From NCBI GenBank assembly GCA_963667015.2, contig CAXXJJ010000004.1, positions 992,001 to 1,056,000 of the forward strand: a stretch of DNA of 64,000 nucleotides, in the 5' to 3' direction. Source of the stretch: Desulfatiglandales bacterium (GTDB lineage: Bacteria; Desulfobacterota; DSM-4660; Desulfatiglandales; HGW-15). The notes beneath the pieces were generated by a model, which was not told the DNA's origin, searched no databases, and saw only the letters and a program-made list of their open reading frames with translations. Shown one piece after another: positions 1 through 8,706 of the stretch. Within the stretch, counting starts at the first letter, position 1; every line of letters starts with the position of its first letter. The position numbers and the translations under genes were made by a program.

Positions 1-4
1 TTGC

Positions 5-391
5 TTATTTCCCTTCGTAGTCATCTAAAATCTTTCTGATTCTTTTTATCTCATCACTGGTAACATCCGATCCCTGAAACAATGCCTTAACAAGATTGGC
101 ATATGATCCATCAAATATTCTTTTTTTGATATCACTGGTAATCTCTCTTGATACCTCTTCACGTCCCCGGGTTGATTCATAAAGATAGTTTCGGCCGTCT
201 TCATGGTGGACAAGCCAGCCTTTTTCTTCAAGACGTTTCATCTGGACCTGAATAGTGGTTCGTTTTAAATCACGATTGTGCAGAGAATTGACTGCATCAA
301 GCACTTCATTAATAGTCACCTTACCCCGCTCCCACACTATTTTCATTATTTCAAATTCAGGATCTGTCAGCTTTGATAATTTATCGGGCAT
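5..391 (-). CDS. BlaI/MecI/CopY family transcriptional repressor
   Basis: LTDPEFEIMKIVWERGKVTINEV...TTIQVQMKRLEEKGW...IFDGSYANLVKALF is the BlaI/CopY winged-helix pattern. Start moved to ATG 391, which follows an AAAGGA RBS. Confidence 0.9.
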   Translation of the reverse strand: MPDKLSKLTDPEFEIMKIVWERGKVTINEVLDAVNSLHNRDLKRTTIQVQMKRLEEKGWLVHHEDGRNYLYESTRGREEVSREITSDIKKRIFDGSYANLVKALFQGSDVTSDEIKRIRKILDDYEGK

Positions 392-467
392 GGGTAGGTA
401 TCCTTTCGTTAAGATGACTAACTGTGAGACGATTTTTGGTGTAGAGCTCTGCTTGATTAATACAGAA

Positions 468-511
468 ACGACATGTGTCGTTACACTACAACGACACATG
501 TCGTCTGTCAA
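468..511 (-). promoter_or_regulatory. Sigma-70 promoter (TTGACA-N17-TAGTGT) overlapped by two ACGACA-N2-TGTCGT operator palindromes
   Basis: Minus strand: -35 at 511-506, -10 at 488-483. Perfect 15-bp inverted repeat at 468-482 / 490-504, and each arm is itself a dyad. Confidence 0.75.
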
Positions 512-561
512 TATTTTTTTTACATTTTTCGAAGTATAATTAAAGAAAAGAAAATCTAACT

Positions 562-620
562 GGCTCAGGCCTTCAATATTTACAGATAAGAATAACTTTT
601 CAATAATGAAGGTCTGAGTC
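562..620. terminator. Imperfect inverted repeat (16/19) downstream of the DUF445 gene
   Basis: ggctcaggccttcaatatt (562-580) pairs with aataatgaaggtctgagtc (602-620). Confidence 0.4.
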
Positions 621-655
621 TGATTACTGCATTAACATTTGATAATAAAAATAAA

Positions 656-1369
656 CTAATTCAGTTTTAAAAGCGCCATTACCAGACCTATCAGTCCTCC
701 GAAGACGCCACCCCAGACAACCAGCCATCCCAGGTGTTTTCGGATCATATCCTGAATAATCTTCTTGACCATTTGCGGTGTAAGTTCATCAAGCCTTGAC
801 TGAACAATGGATTCCACCTGTTTTTCAATATTTTCGGTTAATGAACCGCTTTCAAGAGATTCAGATACAGCCTGTTTAAAAGCCGGTTTTTTTACCTCCT
901 CCCGAACAAAGTCCTGTATCTTGTTAATAAACGGTTCTCTGTACACTTCCAGGGCTGCCTGGCCACCGATCATGTTTAACATTCCACCGATTTTTGAAGC
1001 CATAATTATTTGAACCAGGCTGTCGAAAACCGAATTATAATCCACTGCATCGATGGCTTTGCTTATGTTTATTTCCGGTAGTGATGATGAATTAGATAAA
1101 AACCGGTCCAGGTTTTGTTTTGTAAAAAATTCAGTCATCATCAGGTTTCTGATACCCGATTTAAATTCTTCAAAATGATTTGGAATGACTCCCGATCCAT
1201 ACAGGAAGGGAACCCTTTCAAACAGCATATAAATTGCGATCCAGTTCGTCAGTCCTCCGGACAGGGCAAAAAACCCGACTGAAAGGAAATACTCTTTCAC
1301 AGCCGGCACCAGATACCCGATCAGAATACATATCGCAGCCGCAAGATTGGTAACTAAACTCTTGTTCAT
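656..1369 (-). CDS. DUF445 (YheB-like) membrane protein
   Basis: GGLTNWIAIYMLF near the N-terminus and HLGWLVVWGGVFGGLIG at the C-terminus. ATG 1369 follows GAGGT. Confidence 0.85.
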   Translation of the reverse strand: MNKSLVTNLAAAICILIGYLVPAVKEYFLSVGFFALSGGLTNWIAIYMLFERVPFLYGSGVIPNHFEEFKSGIRNLMMTEFFTKQNLDRFLSNSSSLPEINISKAIDAVDYNSVFDSLVQIIMASKIGGMLNMIGGQAALEVYREPFINKIQDFVREEVKKPAFKQAVSESLESGSLTENIEKQVESIVQSRLDELTPQMVKKIIQDMIRKHLGWLVVWGGVFGGLIGLVMALLKLN

Positions 1370-1596
1370 ATAAGACCTCAAATAAATAGTTAGTGTCCAT
1401 CCAAAAACTATCGTTTTTGTTTTTTCTGGATGGGAAATAGTTAAAAAACGCCTGTATAGCAGTTTTTAGGAAGAATGTGAATAGAGGAGATTAGTGAAAA
1501 AGAAGGCTGTAGCAATTTAGTCTGCAGGCTGTCTGGGAAACAAAAAAGAGGAATTGGGAAAGAGAAATATACGAACTGTCAGGAGCCTATATTGTT

Positions 1597-1943
1597 GTCG
1601 GGATTTATTCCCAATGTTGTTGATTTAAGCTTTAGTTTTTAACCGCATCGCGGTGATATGTTAATAGCCACGAGAGTATGAAAATAAATAGCCCCGGAGG
1701 GTTGACACAATCGGCATGTGTCGCACCTACTGAGCTTATAATATTTATGTAACTGAGTATCTATTAACATATCGCATCCAGAGATGCTTTTGGTAAGACA
1801 ATTCTCTCAATTCAACAGTATTGGGATATATTCCCGACCTGTTGTTGTTTTATTTTTTTGTAGAAACAGGTTTCAAACCTGTCTCAAGGTGGGATGTAAT
1901 CCGTCTTCGCATAAAGCTACGCCGCGACAAGAATCCCACCCTG
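1597..1943. repeat. Mosaic of nested REP/REPIN-like palindromes
   Basis: Nested inverted pairs at 1597-1614/1821-1838, 1655-1667/1761-1773 (perfect 13 bp) and 1690-1736. Also gtagaaacaggtttcaaacctgtctc at about 1860-1885, and ggtgggat...atcccacc at about 1888-1940. Confidence 0.6.
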
Positions 1944-1982
1944 CGAAAAGCTATATGCTATCAGGCTTACAGGCTCGCTATG

Positions 1983-3197
1983 TTATTCAGGAAGATCTTC
2001 GGGGTCGACATTTTCCACATGAAGATCGCCGTAAATCACACGATAGGTCTCGGATCCTTCAGGCCTGTACCAGAAGATAGGCGTTTCAGTTTCACCCAGC
2101 CGCACACCCTTGCCTTGATAGGTCCATTTACCTTCTCCGGGAAAAAAGGTAGTGAATCCTATAAATTTTATTAATTCCAGGCTAATGGCCTGCGCTTCCT
2201 CTTTTGACATTGCGTTAAACTGGCTGTTTATGGGGCCGCTGGTCATCCACCTGTATAAAGATTCATAGGAAATATCGTCGGGGAAACGGCCGTAATTTAA
2301 TTTTTCCGCTATCAGCCTCAGGCCTTCGATAAAATTGCCCTCGGTCGGCTGGAGGTCCGCAGTAATGGGTTTCTGCACCGTGTATCCTGCAGGCACTTCC
2401 ATGCTGAACATTTCTTCTTCCATGGGTATGTCAAACTTCATGTTTTTACAGGTTACATGCATTGTTCCAACATTATGTTCTATGCGCACTGGTAACCCGG
2501 TATCGACATCGGCCCAGATAGTGATGTCCAGCTTTGGGTGGCTGGCAAAAAATCCGACCACCTCGTGACCATCGAGCTGTTTGCGACCAAGTTTTTCGAT
2601 AGTGAAATCCGGCATGTCCTTTAATCTAATGATAGTGTTTTTCAATTCCTCCAGATAATTCTGACCAGAAGCAATCCCCTTTGGGAAATTCCGATTGGAA
2701 GGCATTCCCTTGGGTTCCCTGTACCCGTATCGGGCTTCCATATTTGCTTCATTCAGAAAAAGCACCCGTCGGTTTTTCAGATCAATTATGGTCACTGCTC
2801 TGCTGCCGGCAACCCTTCTGCGAATGCGGGAACCCATCACCAGATCGTGAACTACCGGTTTTCTGCCATCATCAGGACCGAATATAATGTCGTAGGCGGC
2901 AGTTTGAGCCTTTAGAATAGGTTCAATCACCTGGGCGAATGTCAGTTTGGGCCCAACCGGATTTCCAATAAATTGAAAAACAATAAGTGCCACGATAACA
3001 GTCATTGACGCTGTAACAAATGCAGTTTTTTTGGTTTTCATGAGTGTTCTCCATAAAACCCCGCCAGGCGCAGTCCTTTCCTGCTGCCGCTTTGCCAACT
3101 CATTCCGGGCATCGTTCAGGATACGGTCATCCACCCCGGGATTGGTTATTATTTCAGATTCTCTAATCAATCGAACAAGTTTTTCCGGTGTTTTCAT
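1983..3197 (-). CDS. Putative anti-sigma factor: short cytoplasmic N-terminus, one TM helix, LolA-like/unknown periplasmic domain
   Basis: Overlaps the stop of the ECF sigma gene (ATGA). TM segment AFVTASMTVIVALIVF. ITIWADVDTGLPVRIE resembles a LolA-fold motif. Confidence 0.55.
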   Translation of the reverse strand: MKTPEKLVRLIRESEIITNPGVDDRILNDARNELAKRQQERTAPGGVLWRTLMKTKKTAFVTASMTVIVALIVFQFIGNPVGPKLTFAQVIEPILKAQTAAYDIIFGPDDGRKPVVHDLVMGSRIRRRVAGSRAVTIIDLKNRRVLFLNEANMEARYGYREPKGMPSNRNFPKGIASGQNYLEELKNTIIRLKDMPDFTIEKLGRKQLDGHEVVGFFASHPKLDITIWADVDTGLPVRIEHNVGTMHVTCKNMKFDIPMEEEMFSMEVPAGYTVQKPITADLQPTEGNFIEGLRLIAEKLNYGRFPDDISYESLYRWMTSGPINSQFNAMSKEEAQAISLELIKFIGFTTFFPGEGKWTYQGKGVRLGETETPIFWYRPEGSETYRVIYGDLHVENVDPEDLPE

Positions 3198-3736
3198 CGG
3201 GCACCCCCATCATTCAAAAGTGACCTGAGTTTTTCGATTCCATACCGGTAACGGCTTTTGGCCGTATTGGTTGAAATCTGCCGCGCACTGGCAATTTCCC
3301 GAAATGTCATGGAAGCATGCAGATGCATCATAACCACCTCACGCTGATCAAAAGGCAATTGCGCCAGGGCATTGCTTAACCGTTCCATCTGTTCATTGCA
3401 TATTACTGACTCAAGCGGCCCTTCAGCACAGCCGGCAAATTCCTTTTCAGAATCAGGCCCGGGGTTTGATCGCAGACTTTCGGCCCTGTTCCGGTTCCGG
3501 GCACTGTTGGCCACGCAGGTCATCAGGTAGCTCTTAAGGCTGCCTGTAAGCTTAAAATCATCCAGTTTCCTGACAAAGGTCACAAATACATCGTGCACCA
3601 CATCTTCCGAAGCTATCCGGTCATTAAGCAGGGACATCGCCAGCAATAACAGATTTCTTTTATATTTTTCGTATATCCGCGTAAGCGCTTCCTGGCTCCC
3701 GCGCCTGCATCGATATACCAGCAGTTTATCTTCCAT
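3194..3736 (-). CDS. RNA polymerase ECF sigma-70 factor
   Basis: Region 2 (SEDVVHDVFV) and region 4 (LPFDQREVV...TFREIA...NTAKSRYRYG). Confidence 0.93.
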   Translation of the reverse strand: MEDKLLVYRCRRGSQEALTRIYEKYKRNLLLLAMSLLNDRIASEDVVHDVFVTFVRKLDDFKLTGSLKSYLMTCVANSARNRNRAESLRSNPGPDSEKEFAGCAEGPLESVICNEQMERLSNALAQLPFDQREVVMMHLHASMTFREIASARQISTNTAKSRYRYGIEKLRSLLNDGGAR

Positions 3737-3992
3737 AGGTCCGGTCCTGTGTGTGCGCTAAAAAACGTTTCTGGTAATATAACAACTCAGGAGTGTTTTT
3801 GGGTCTAAATAAAATTAAAAATTTCTATTTTCAGGTCTGAATGTAGGAGAGCCTTGATTTGTATGTCAAGAAAAACATATTTTATGCTTTAAGTGGATAA
3901 TATAATCGGTAAATTTTCATTTCACTACTTTTATAATTGAACCATTTCCATCTTTATAAGGACTATATAGCTAAAAAGGACAATTATCTACT

Positions 3993-4529
3993 ATGGCAAG
4001 AGAAGTCAATCAGGTCTTTAACGATATGCTGGTGATGCTGGCACTGGAAGGTGACAGAGAGGCGCTTGATAAACTGGCCAGGCGCTGGTGGCCGCGCCAC
4101 TATACTCATGCCAGCAGATTGTTAGGTAATATTGATGGTGCGGCCGATGTGGTGCAGGAAGCCTGGAGCCAGATTGTCACAGGGCTCAGGAAACTTAATG
4201 ATGTATCGAGATTTCCAGCCTGGTCCTACTCCATTGTCTCCAGGCGCTGTTACGACCTGATCAGGAAGAAGCAGTCTGACAGAAAAAATGAATCAATAAA
4301 TGATGAACAAATAAGCGATGGAGAGGCAGAAGAGGTGCTGAAAATGGATATGGGAAAAGCCCTGAGGCAACTGCCAGGAGAACAGAGAGCAGCGCTTGCA
4401 CTGTTTTATATTGAGGGATTAAAGGTAAGTGAAATCGCAATTGCACTGGAAATACCTGCAGGAACAGTTAAAACCCGGCTCTTTCATGCCAGATCGAAAC
4501 TAAAAGATTTCTTCAGAGATAATGAATAA
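3993..4529 (+). CDS. RNA polymerase ECF sigma-70 factor
   Basis: AADVVQEAW, FPAWSYSI, LPGEQRAALALFYIEGLKVSEIA...GTVKTRLFHAR. Confidence 0.93.
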   Translation: MAREVNQVFNDMLVMLALEGDREALDKLARRWWPRHYTHASRLLGNIDGAADVVQEAWSQIVTGLRKLNDVSRFPAWSYSIVSRRCYDLIRKKQSDRKNESINDEQISDGEAEEVLKMDMGKALRQLPGEQRAALALFYIEGLKVSEIAIALEIPAGTVKTRLFHARSKLKDFFRDNE

Positions 4530-4548
4530 AACACAGGAGGAAAACATC

Positions 4549-4941
4549 ATGAGTAATAAAATAACGAGTAATCTTGACAAAGCCATTTTTGAATCCCTGT
4601 CACAGGAAGAACAGGATTTTCTGGCCAGCCTTGATGAAGAACCAAAGTATACAGAGCAGGCTATGGGACTCTTAAAGGGGCGTTACAGTTTTATCAACTG
4701 GCTGACTACTATTCTTATATTTTTAACGACTATAGTCGCCGTATATGCTCTTATTCGTTTTTTTAAAGTCTCGCCTGATATATCCGGCATGCTGAAATGG
4801 GGAGGGCTTACAGCATATTGTGTGGCTGGAATATTAGTAAGTAAACTCTATCTTTTTTTTCATATGCAAACCAACAGAGTCTTGCGGGAACTAAAAAAAC
4901 TGGAACTGCAGATTGCTTCACTGAAACAGAATCAGCCCTGA
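4549..4941 (+). CDS. Two-TM membrane protein, probable anti-sigma partner (DUF6768-like)
   Basis: Directly follows the ECF gene. Two hydrophobic helices and a C-terminal RVLRELKKLELQIA. ATG 4549 follows CAGGAGG. Confidence 0.6.
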   Translation: MSNKITSNLDKAIFESLSQEEQDFLASLDEEPKYTEQAMGLLKGRYSFINWLTTILIFLTTIVAVYALIRFFKVSPDISGMLKWGGLTAYCVAGILVSKLYLFFHMQTNRVLRELKKLELQIASLKQNQP

Positions 4942-5087
4942 TCGACCAATAACTGTTTCATGGTTTAGTTCGTTATATTAAACTACTTGATTTATTTTAA
5001 TAAGAGGAGTATTAAATCCACTATTAAAAATGAACTCGTTCTATAATCCTTTAATCAGAGGATAGATATGGATTTATAATATTACAG

Positions 5088-5122
5088 AAAACCCTGCTTT
5101 CTTTTTCGGAGAGTGGGGTTTT
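5088..5122 (+). terminator. Hairpin in the leader of the SDR operon (terminator or attenuator-like)
   Basis: aaaaccctgctttc / gagagtggggtttt stem with G-U pairs, followed by gttgt. Confidence 0.45.
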
Positions 5123-5216
5123 GTTGTCTGTGGGGCCATAATTAAAAATAGTTTTCTGCTAATATATAAAGTTTTTCCACTTTGAAAAATCAAAAATAAA
5201 TTAGAAGGAGGCAGTA

Positions 5217-6015
5217 ATGGATCTTGGTTTCAAAGGTAAGGTGGCATTGGTTACAGGCGCCGGCAGCCAGGTTGGTTTTGGAAAGGCGACGGCGTTACTG
5301 CTTGCGAAAGAAGGATGCGAGGCCGTGGCGGTATCCGATATTGTCATGGAGGATGTTGAAATGACGGCCGCTGCGATCAGGGATCTCGGTATTAAAAGTA
5401 TCGCCCTGAAAGCGGATATCACCAATCCGGCGGATGTTGATGCGATGGTGAAAAAGGGTCATGGACGAATTCGGAAAAATCGACATTCTCTGCAATGTTG
5501 CGGGGGCCATTCTCCATAAGGACAACATTCCCATTGATCAGCAGGACGAAGCAATCTGGGAAAAGCAGATGAAGCTCAATCTCTTCGGCACCATGAATAT
5601 CTGCAAGGCGGTTGTTCCCCTGATGAGAGAACGGAAATACGGGGTTATCGTCAATATCGGCTCAGGCAGCACCCATCAGCATAGAATGGGTGTCGGCGTA
5701 TATGCCATGTCCAAATATGCTATGGATCTTTTCACCAAACAGCTTGCCATGGACGAGGCCGGAGCCGGCATTAGGGTTAACTGTGTGGCTCCGGGACCGG
5801 CCCCTACCAAATTCGGCGCTGTTTTCAGAGAAGGTCTGCCCCCGCTTACTCCTGAAGAGGAAGAGGCGGGCCGGAAACGTCTGGCCAGTTTCATGCCCCT
5901 GGGTCGAATCGGAACATCGGAAGATATCGCCAACGCCACTGCTTTCCTGGCATCGGACGTAACCAGCTTTGTTACAGGCCAGGTATTCCATGTCTCGGGC
6001 GGTTCGGTAATGTAG
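5217..6015 (+). CDS. SDR family NAD(P)-dependent oxidoreductase, split by one frameshift near 5455
   Basis: ALVTGAGSQVGFG Rossmann motif in the first ORF. GKIDILCNVAG, YAMSK and IRVNCVAPG in the second. The junction lies in aaaaaggg. Confidence 0.88.
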
Positions 6016-6037
6016 ACAATTTACAGGAGGAAAAAAG

Positions 6038-6514
6038 ATGAGTAATAAATATGACAAGTACATTCACCATCCACCCCACCTCCGGCTGTCCATGAAGTCA
6101 AACGGGAGTGTTGTTTTTGACGGCATGATGATCGGCCATAAGCTGCTAGGGTATAATATAACTATCGGCCATCAATTTGTCACTAAACCCTTTAAAGGCG
6201 ACAATCCCTGTCACACGCACAATTTTCAGGAATTTGTTGCATGGTATGGCGGCAATCCGGAAGATCCTGAGGATTTTGGCGGAGAAGTTGTTTTTTATTT
6301 TGGAGAAGAACTGGAGAAACACGTTTTCACCCGGCCCACTATGGTTTCTCTGCCTCCGGGACTGCCACACTGTCCGCTCGAAATCACGCGCGTTGACCGG
6401 CCTATCATCCAGGTTGAGATTATGCTCGCAGGCGAAGAAGGGACCCGGGAACCCTATTTTGAAAAAGACGCGGGTTTTGATCCGCATAAGGTAATGAATT
6501 TTGAGTTTTTATAA
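6038..6514 (+). CDS. Uncharacterised cupin-like metalloprotein
   Basis: HTHNFQE...PPGLPHCPL gives an HxH-E...H cupin ligand set. Confidence 0.7.
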   Translation: MSNKYDKYIHHPPHLRLSMKSNGSVVFDGMMIGHKLLGYNITIGHQFVTKPFKGDNPCHTHNFQEFVAWYGGNPEDPEDFGGEVVFYFGEELEKHVFTRPTMVSLPPGLPHCPLEITRVDRPIIQVEIMLAGEEGTREPYFEKDAGFDPHKVMNFEFL

Positions 6515-6526
6515 GGAGGTTTGACT

Positions 6527-6994
6527 ATGGCAGAAACAAAATACGGGAAATATTTCCTGAAAAACCCCTGGGGAATAAAACATCCCGGCACACCTGATGA
6601 TGCGCCGAAATACATAGGCCTAGGGCAGGAAAAGCAGGTAGAAGGATGGGATGAGGGCCTTACACAGGTCCTGCGCCCGATTTATTACCCTTATGAGATG
6701 ATACCAGACGGGCATCGGCATTCTGTCGCGGAAATTTTGTACTTTATCGGCGGCGACCCCATGAATTTTGAGGAGTTTGGAGCCGAGGTGGAGTTCACCA
6801 TGGGCGAAGGGGATGATGCGGAAACCCATATCATCACCAATACAACCTGGGTATATGTCCCGCCGAATCTGCTGCACTGCCCCCTGAAATTTAAAAGGGT
6901 GGATAAACCGATCATGTTCGGGCACATAATGTTTGCCCCGACCTTTGCTTCAACTGTTGTAGGGAAAAACCCGCTTGAATTTGACAAGGAATAA
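6527..6994 (+). CDS. Uncharacterised cupin-like metalloprotein (paralogue of 6038-6514)
   Basis: HRHSVAE...VPPNLLHCPL. Shares GG(N/D)P..FG(G/A)EV.F..GE with its neighbour. ATG 6527 follows AGGAGG. Confidence 0.7.
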   Translation: MAETKYGKYFLKNPWGIKHPGTPDDAPKYIGLGQEKQVEGWDEGLTQVLRPIYYPYEMIPDGHRHSVAEILYFIGGDPMNFEEFGAEVEFTMGEGDDAETHIITNTTWVYVPPNLLHCPLKFKRVDKPIMFGHIMFAPTFASTVVGKNPLEFDKE

Positions 6995-6997
6995 GGA

Positions 6998-7069
6998 GCT
7001 TTCAGCACTCAGCGTTCAGCTTTCAGCAAAAGGCTTTTAATAAAAAGACCTGGCTGATAGCTGAAAGCT
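6998..7069. repeat. Short heptamer tandem repeats with an inverted counterpart between convergent genes
   Basis: gctttca gcactca gcgttca gctttca (6998-7025) and gctgata gctgaaa gct (7053-7069). Confidence 0.6.
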
Positions 7070-7074
7070 TAGAC

Positions 7075-8094
7075 CTAACTCCCACCGGGATATTTCTTAA
7101 TCCCTTCACCCACAGGACCTGAGGTCAAAAAGAATATCTGTTTTTTCATATTCCGGACAATCAGGGGCCCCTGCTCCACACCTGGAGGTACATAGGCGCC
7201 AAAGCGCTTGTTAATAAGGTGCTTTTCTCCGCCGATCCACAGCTCGACCTCCGCGTCAAGGTTGTAGAGATCGTCATAGTTCATGACGCTCATGGTGATG
7301 GTTGTTCCATAGGGCAGGGTATGCGGTTCCATAACGACCATCCCTGATTCCTTTGGGAAACCGGGAAGCAGGTATTTGGTGTTACAGCCAAACTCAGCGC
7401 CGGGTATAATGTTTTCGTCAACATACGCCACGTGCCTGCAGTATCTGGGATCAATTTCCGGCATGTAATCGATTTTAACCGGGCATTCTTTCTGATCTCC
7501 TCCCATCACGAAATACATCCGGTTTTCGGTTGTTGACTTTTTAGGGGAACCGGCAACAGGGGCTTCGCCGACAGAGTCATCAGCTGAGGCGTCCTCATCC
7601 TTGTCCCGGGTATACATTCCAGGACCGGATGTCCAGTGATACACAGGTCTTGGCGTTACGTATCCGCCCTTTACCCACATCGGCATATGATACATCCTGG
7701 CAGGAGCGTAACAGACCCAGCTTCCCTTCAGGTGGATTTCCTCGTCTCCCATGATCATCTTCATCTCGGTGACATCATCAAAGTTGTCAGGATCAGTGCC
7801 CCACCATGATAGCAGCTCAGGGTATTCATGGTAGTGGGGGAACATGGGTGCGTTTGGTGTGGTACGTGTATCCAGAATATCCTGGGTAACCTGACCCGCG
7901 TATGTACCCGGCCATATCCAGGCAGCCTCCCCATAATAAGCACCAGGGAGGACATCAGCGTCCAGCCACAGAATATTCTCCATGCGGAGCCGCCAGCCCT
8001 CCTTTGCCAGCATTATTTTCTCATCCGGGGTCGGACCAGGCTGAAGATGTATCTTTTCCAGTGTCGTACAGATGTATTTATCATAATTGCCCAT
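7075..8094 (-). CDS. Tandem two-domain (bicupin-like) member of the same family
   Basis: N-domain has PHYHEYPE...PARMYHMP. C-domain is degenerate (PHTLPYG...VPPGVEQGP). N-terminal YDKYI is shared with 6038-6514. Confidence 0.65.
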   Translation of the reverse strand: MGNYDKYICTTLEKIHLQPGPTPDEKIMLAKEGWRLRMENILWLDADVLPGAYYGEAAWIWPGTYAGQVTQDILDTRTTPNAPMFPHYHEYPELLSWWGTDPDNFDDVTEMKMIMGDEEIHLKGSWVCYAPARMYHMPMWVKGGYVTPRPVYHWTSGPGMYTRDKDEDASADDSVGEAPVAGSPKKSTTENRMYFVMGGDQKECPVKIDYMPEIDPRYCRHVAYVDENIIPGAEFGCNTKYLLPGFPKESGMVVMEPHTLPYGTTITMSVMNYDDLYNLDAEVELWIGGEKHLINKRFGAYVPPGVEQGPLIVRNMKKQIFFLTSGPVGEGIKKYPGGS

Positions 8095-8167
8095 ACCATC
8101 TCCTTTTATGAATATAAATCAAGTAGTTTAATATAACGAACTAAGATATTCTGTCAAAATACTTTTT

Positions 8168-8222
8168 AATAACCTGCCCCGCCACAAGCGACAAGATATT
8201 AGACCTTACGTTCCGCAATAAA
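8168..8222. repeat. Decayed 55-bp MITE / IS200-IS605-end-like element, copy 1
   Basis: Aligns without gaps to 60709-60763 at 39/55, and all 16 differences are transitions. Confidence 0.6.
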
Positions 8223-8224
8223 AG

Positions 8225-8659
8225 CTAACCCGCTAACAGCCCTGCATCATCAAGTTTTTTTCTGAGTTCAACGACCTCTTTTCGCAGATCAAAGAGTTCA
8301 ACACACTGCCTGATGGTTGACCTGACATCCTCCATCTCCCATGGCTTGGTCAAATACCTGTATATTCCCCCTCTATTTACAAGATTCAGGATCAGCTTTA
8401 CATCGGAATGGCCGGAAAGTACTACCCTTATCATTTCCGGATATAATTCCTGAACCCTGGCAAGCAGCTCAAAACCATCCATCCTGGGCATTTTTATGTC
8501 GGATATTATTACCTTGCAGGTGTTTTCCGTTAGTATTTCCAGGGCCTCCTCTCCTCCTTCTGCATAAAACACGTTATATGGCTCTATTCTCAGTTCTCTT
8601 TTAATGGAAGACAAAACTTCCTTTGTGTCATCAACAATGATTATGTTTGAATTTTTCAT
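8225..8659 (-). CDS. Stand-alone response regulator receiver protein
   Basis: IIIVDD, VIISDIKMPRMDG, VLSG, YLTKPW. No output domain. Confidence 0.92.
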   Translation of the reverse strand: MKNSNIIIVDDTKEVLSSIKRELRIEPYNVFYAEGGEEALEILTENTCKVIISDIKMPRMDGFELLARVQELYPEMIRVVLSGHSDVKLILNLVNRGGIYRYLTKPWEMEDVRSTIRQCVELFDLRKEVVELRKKLDDAGLLAG

Positions 8660-8706
8660 TATTCCTTATCTCCATAAAGCAAATCCAAAACAATGAGATG
8701 CAGGAT

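Noticed and set aside
1784..2174. Plus-strand ORFs 1784-2080 and 1821-2174
   Set aside because: They translate REP-like palindromes and the antisense of a real gene, with no RBS or protein motif.
5030..5125. Possible purine riboswitch (TATAAT...ATATGG) before the SDR
   Set aside because: The TTTCTACC and CCGTAAA core and the P2/P3 stems are missing. Only a simple hairpin is supported.
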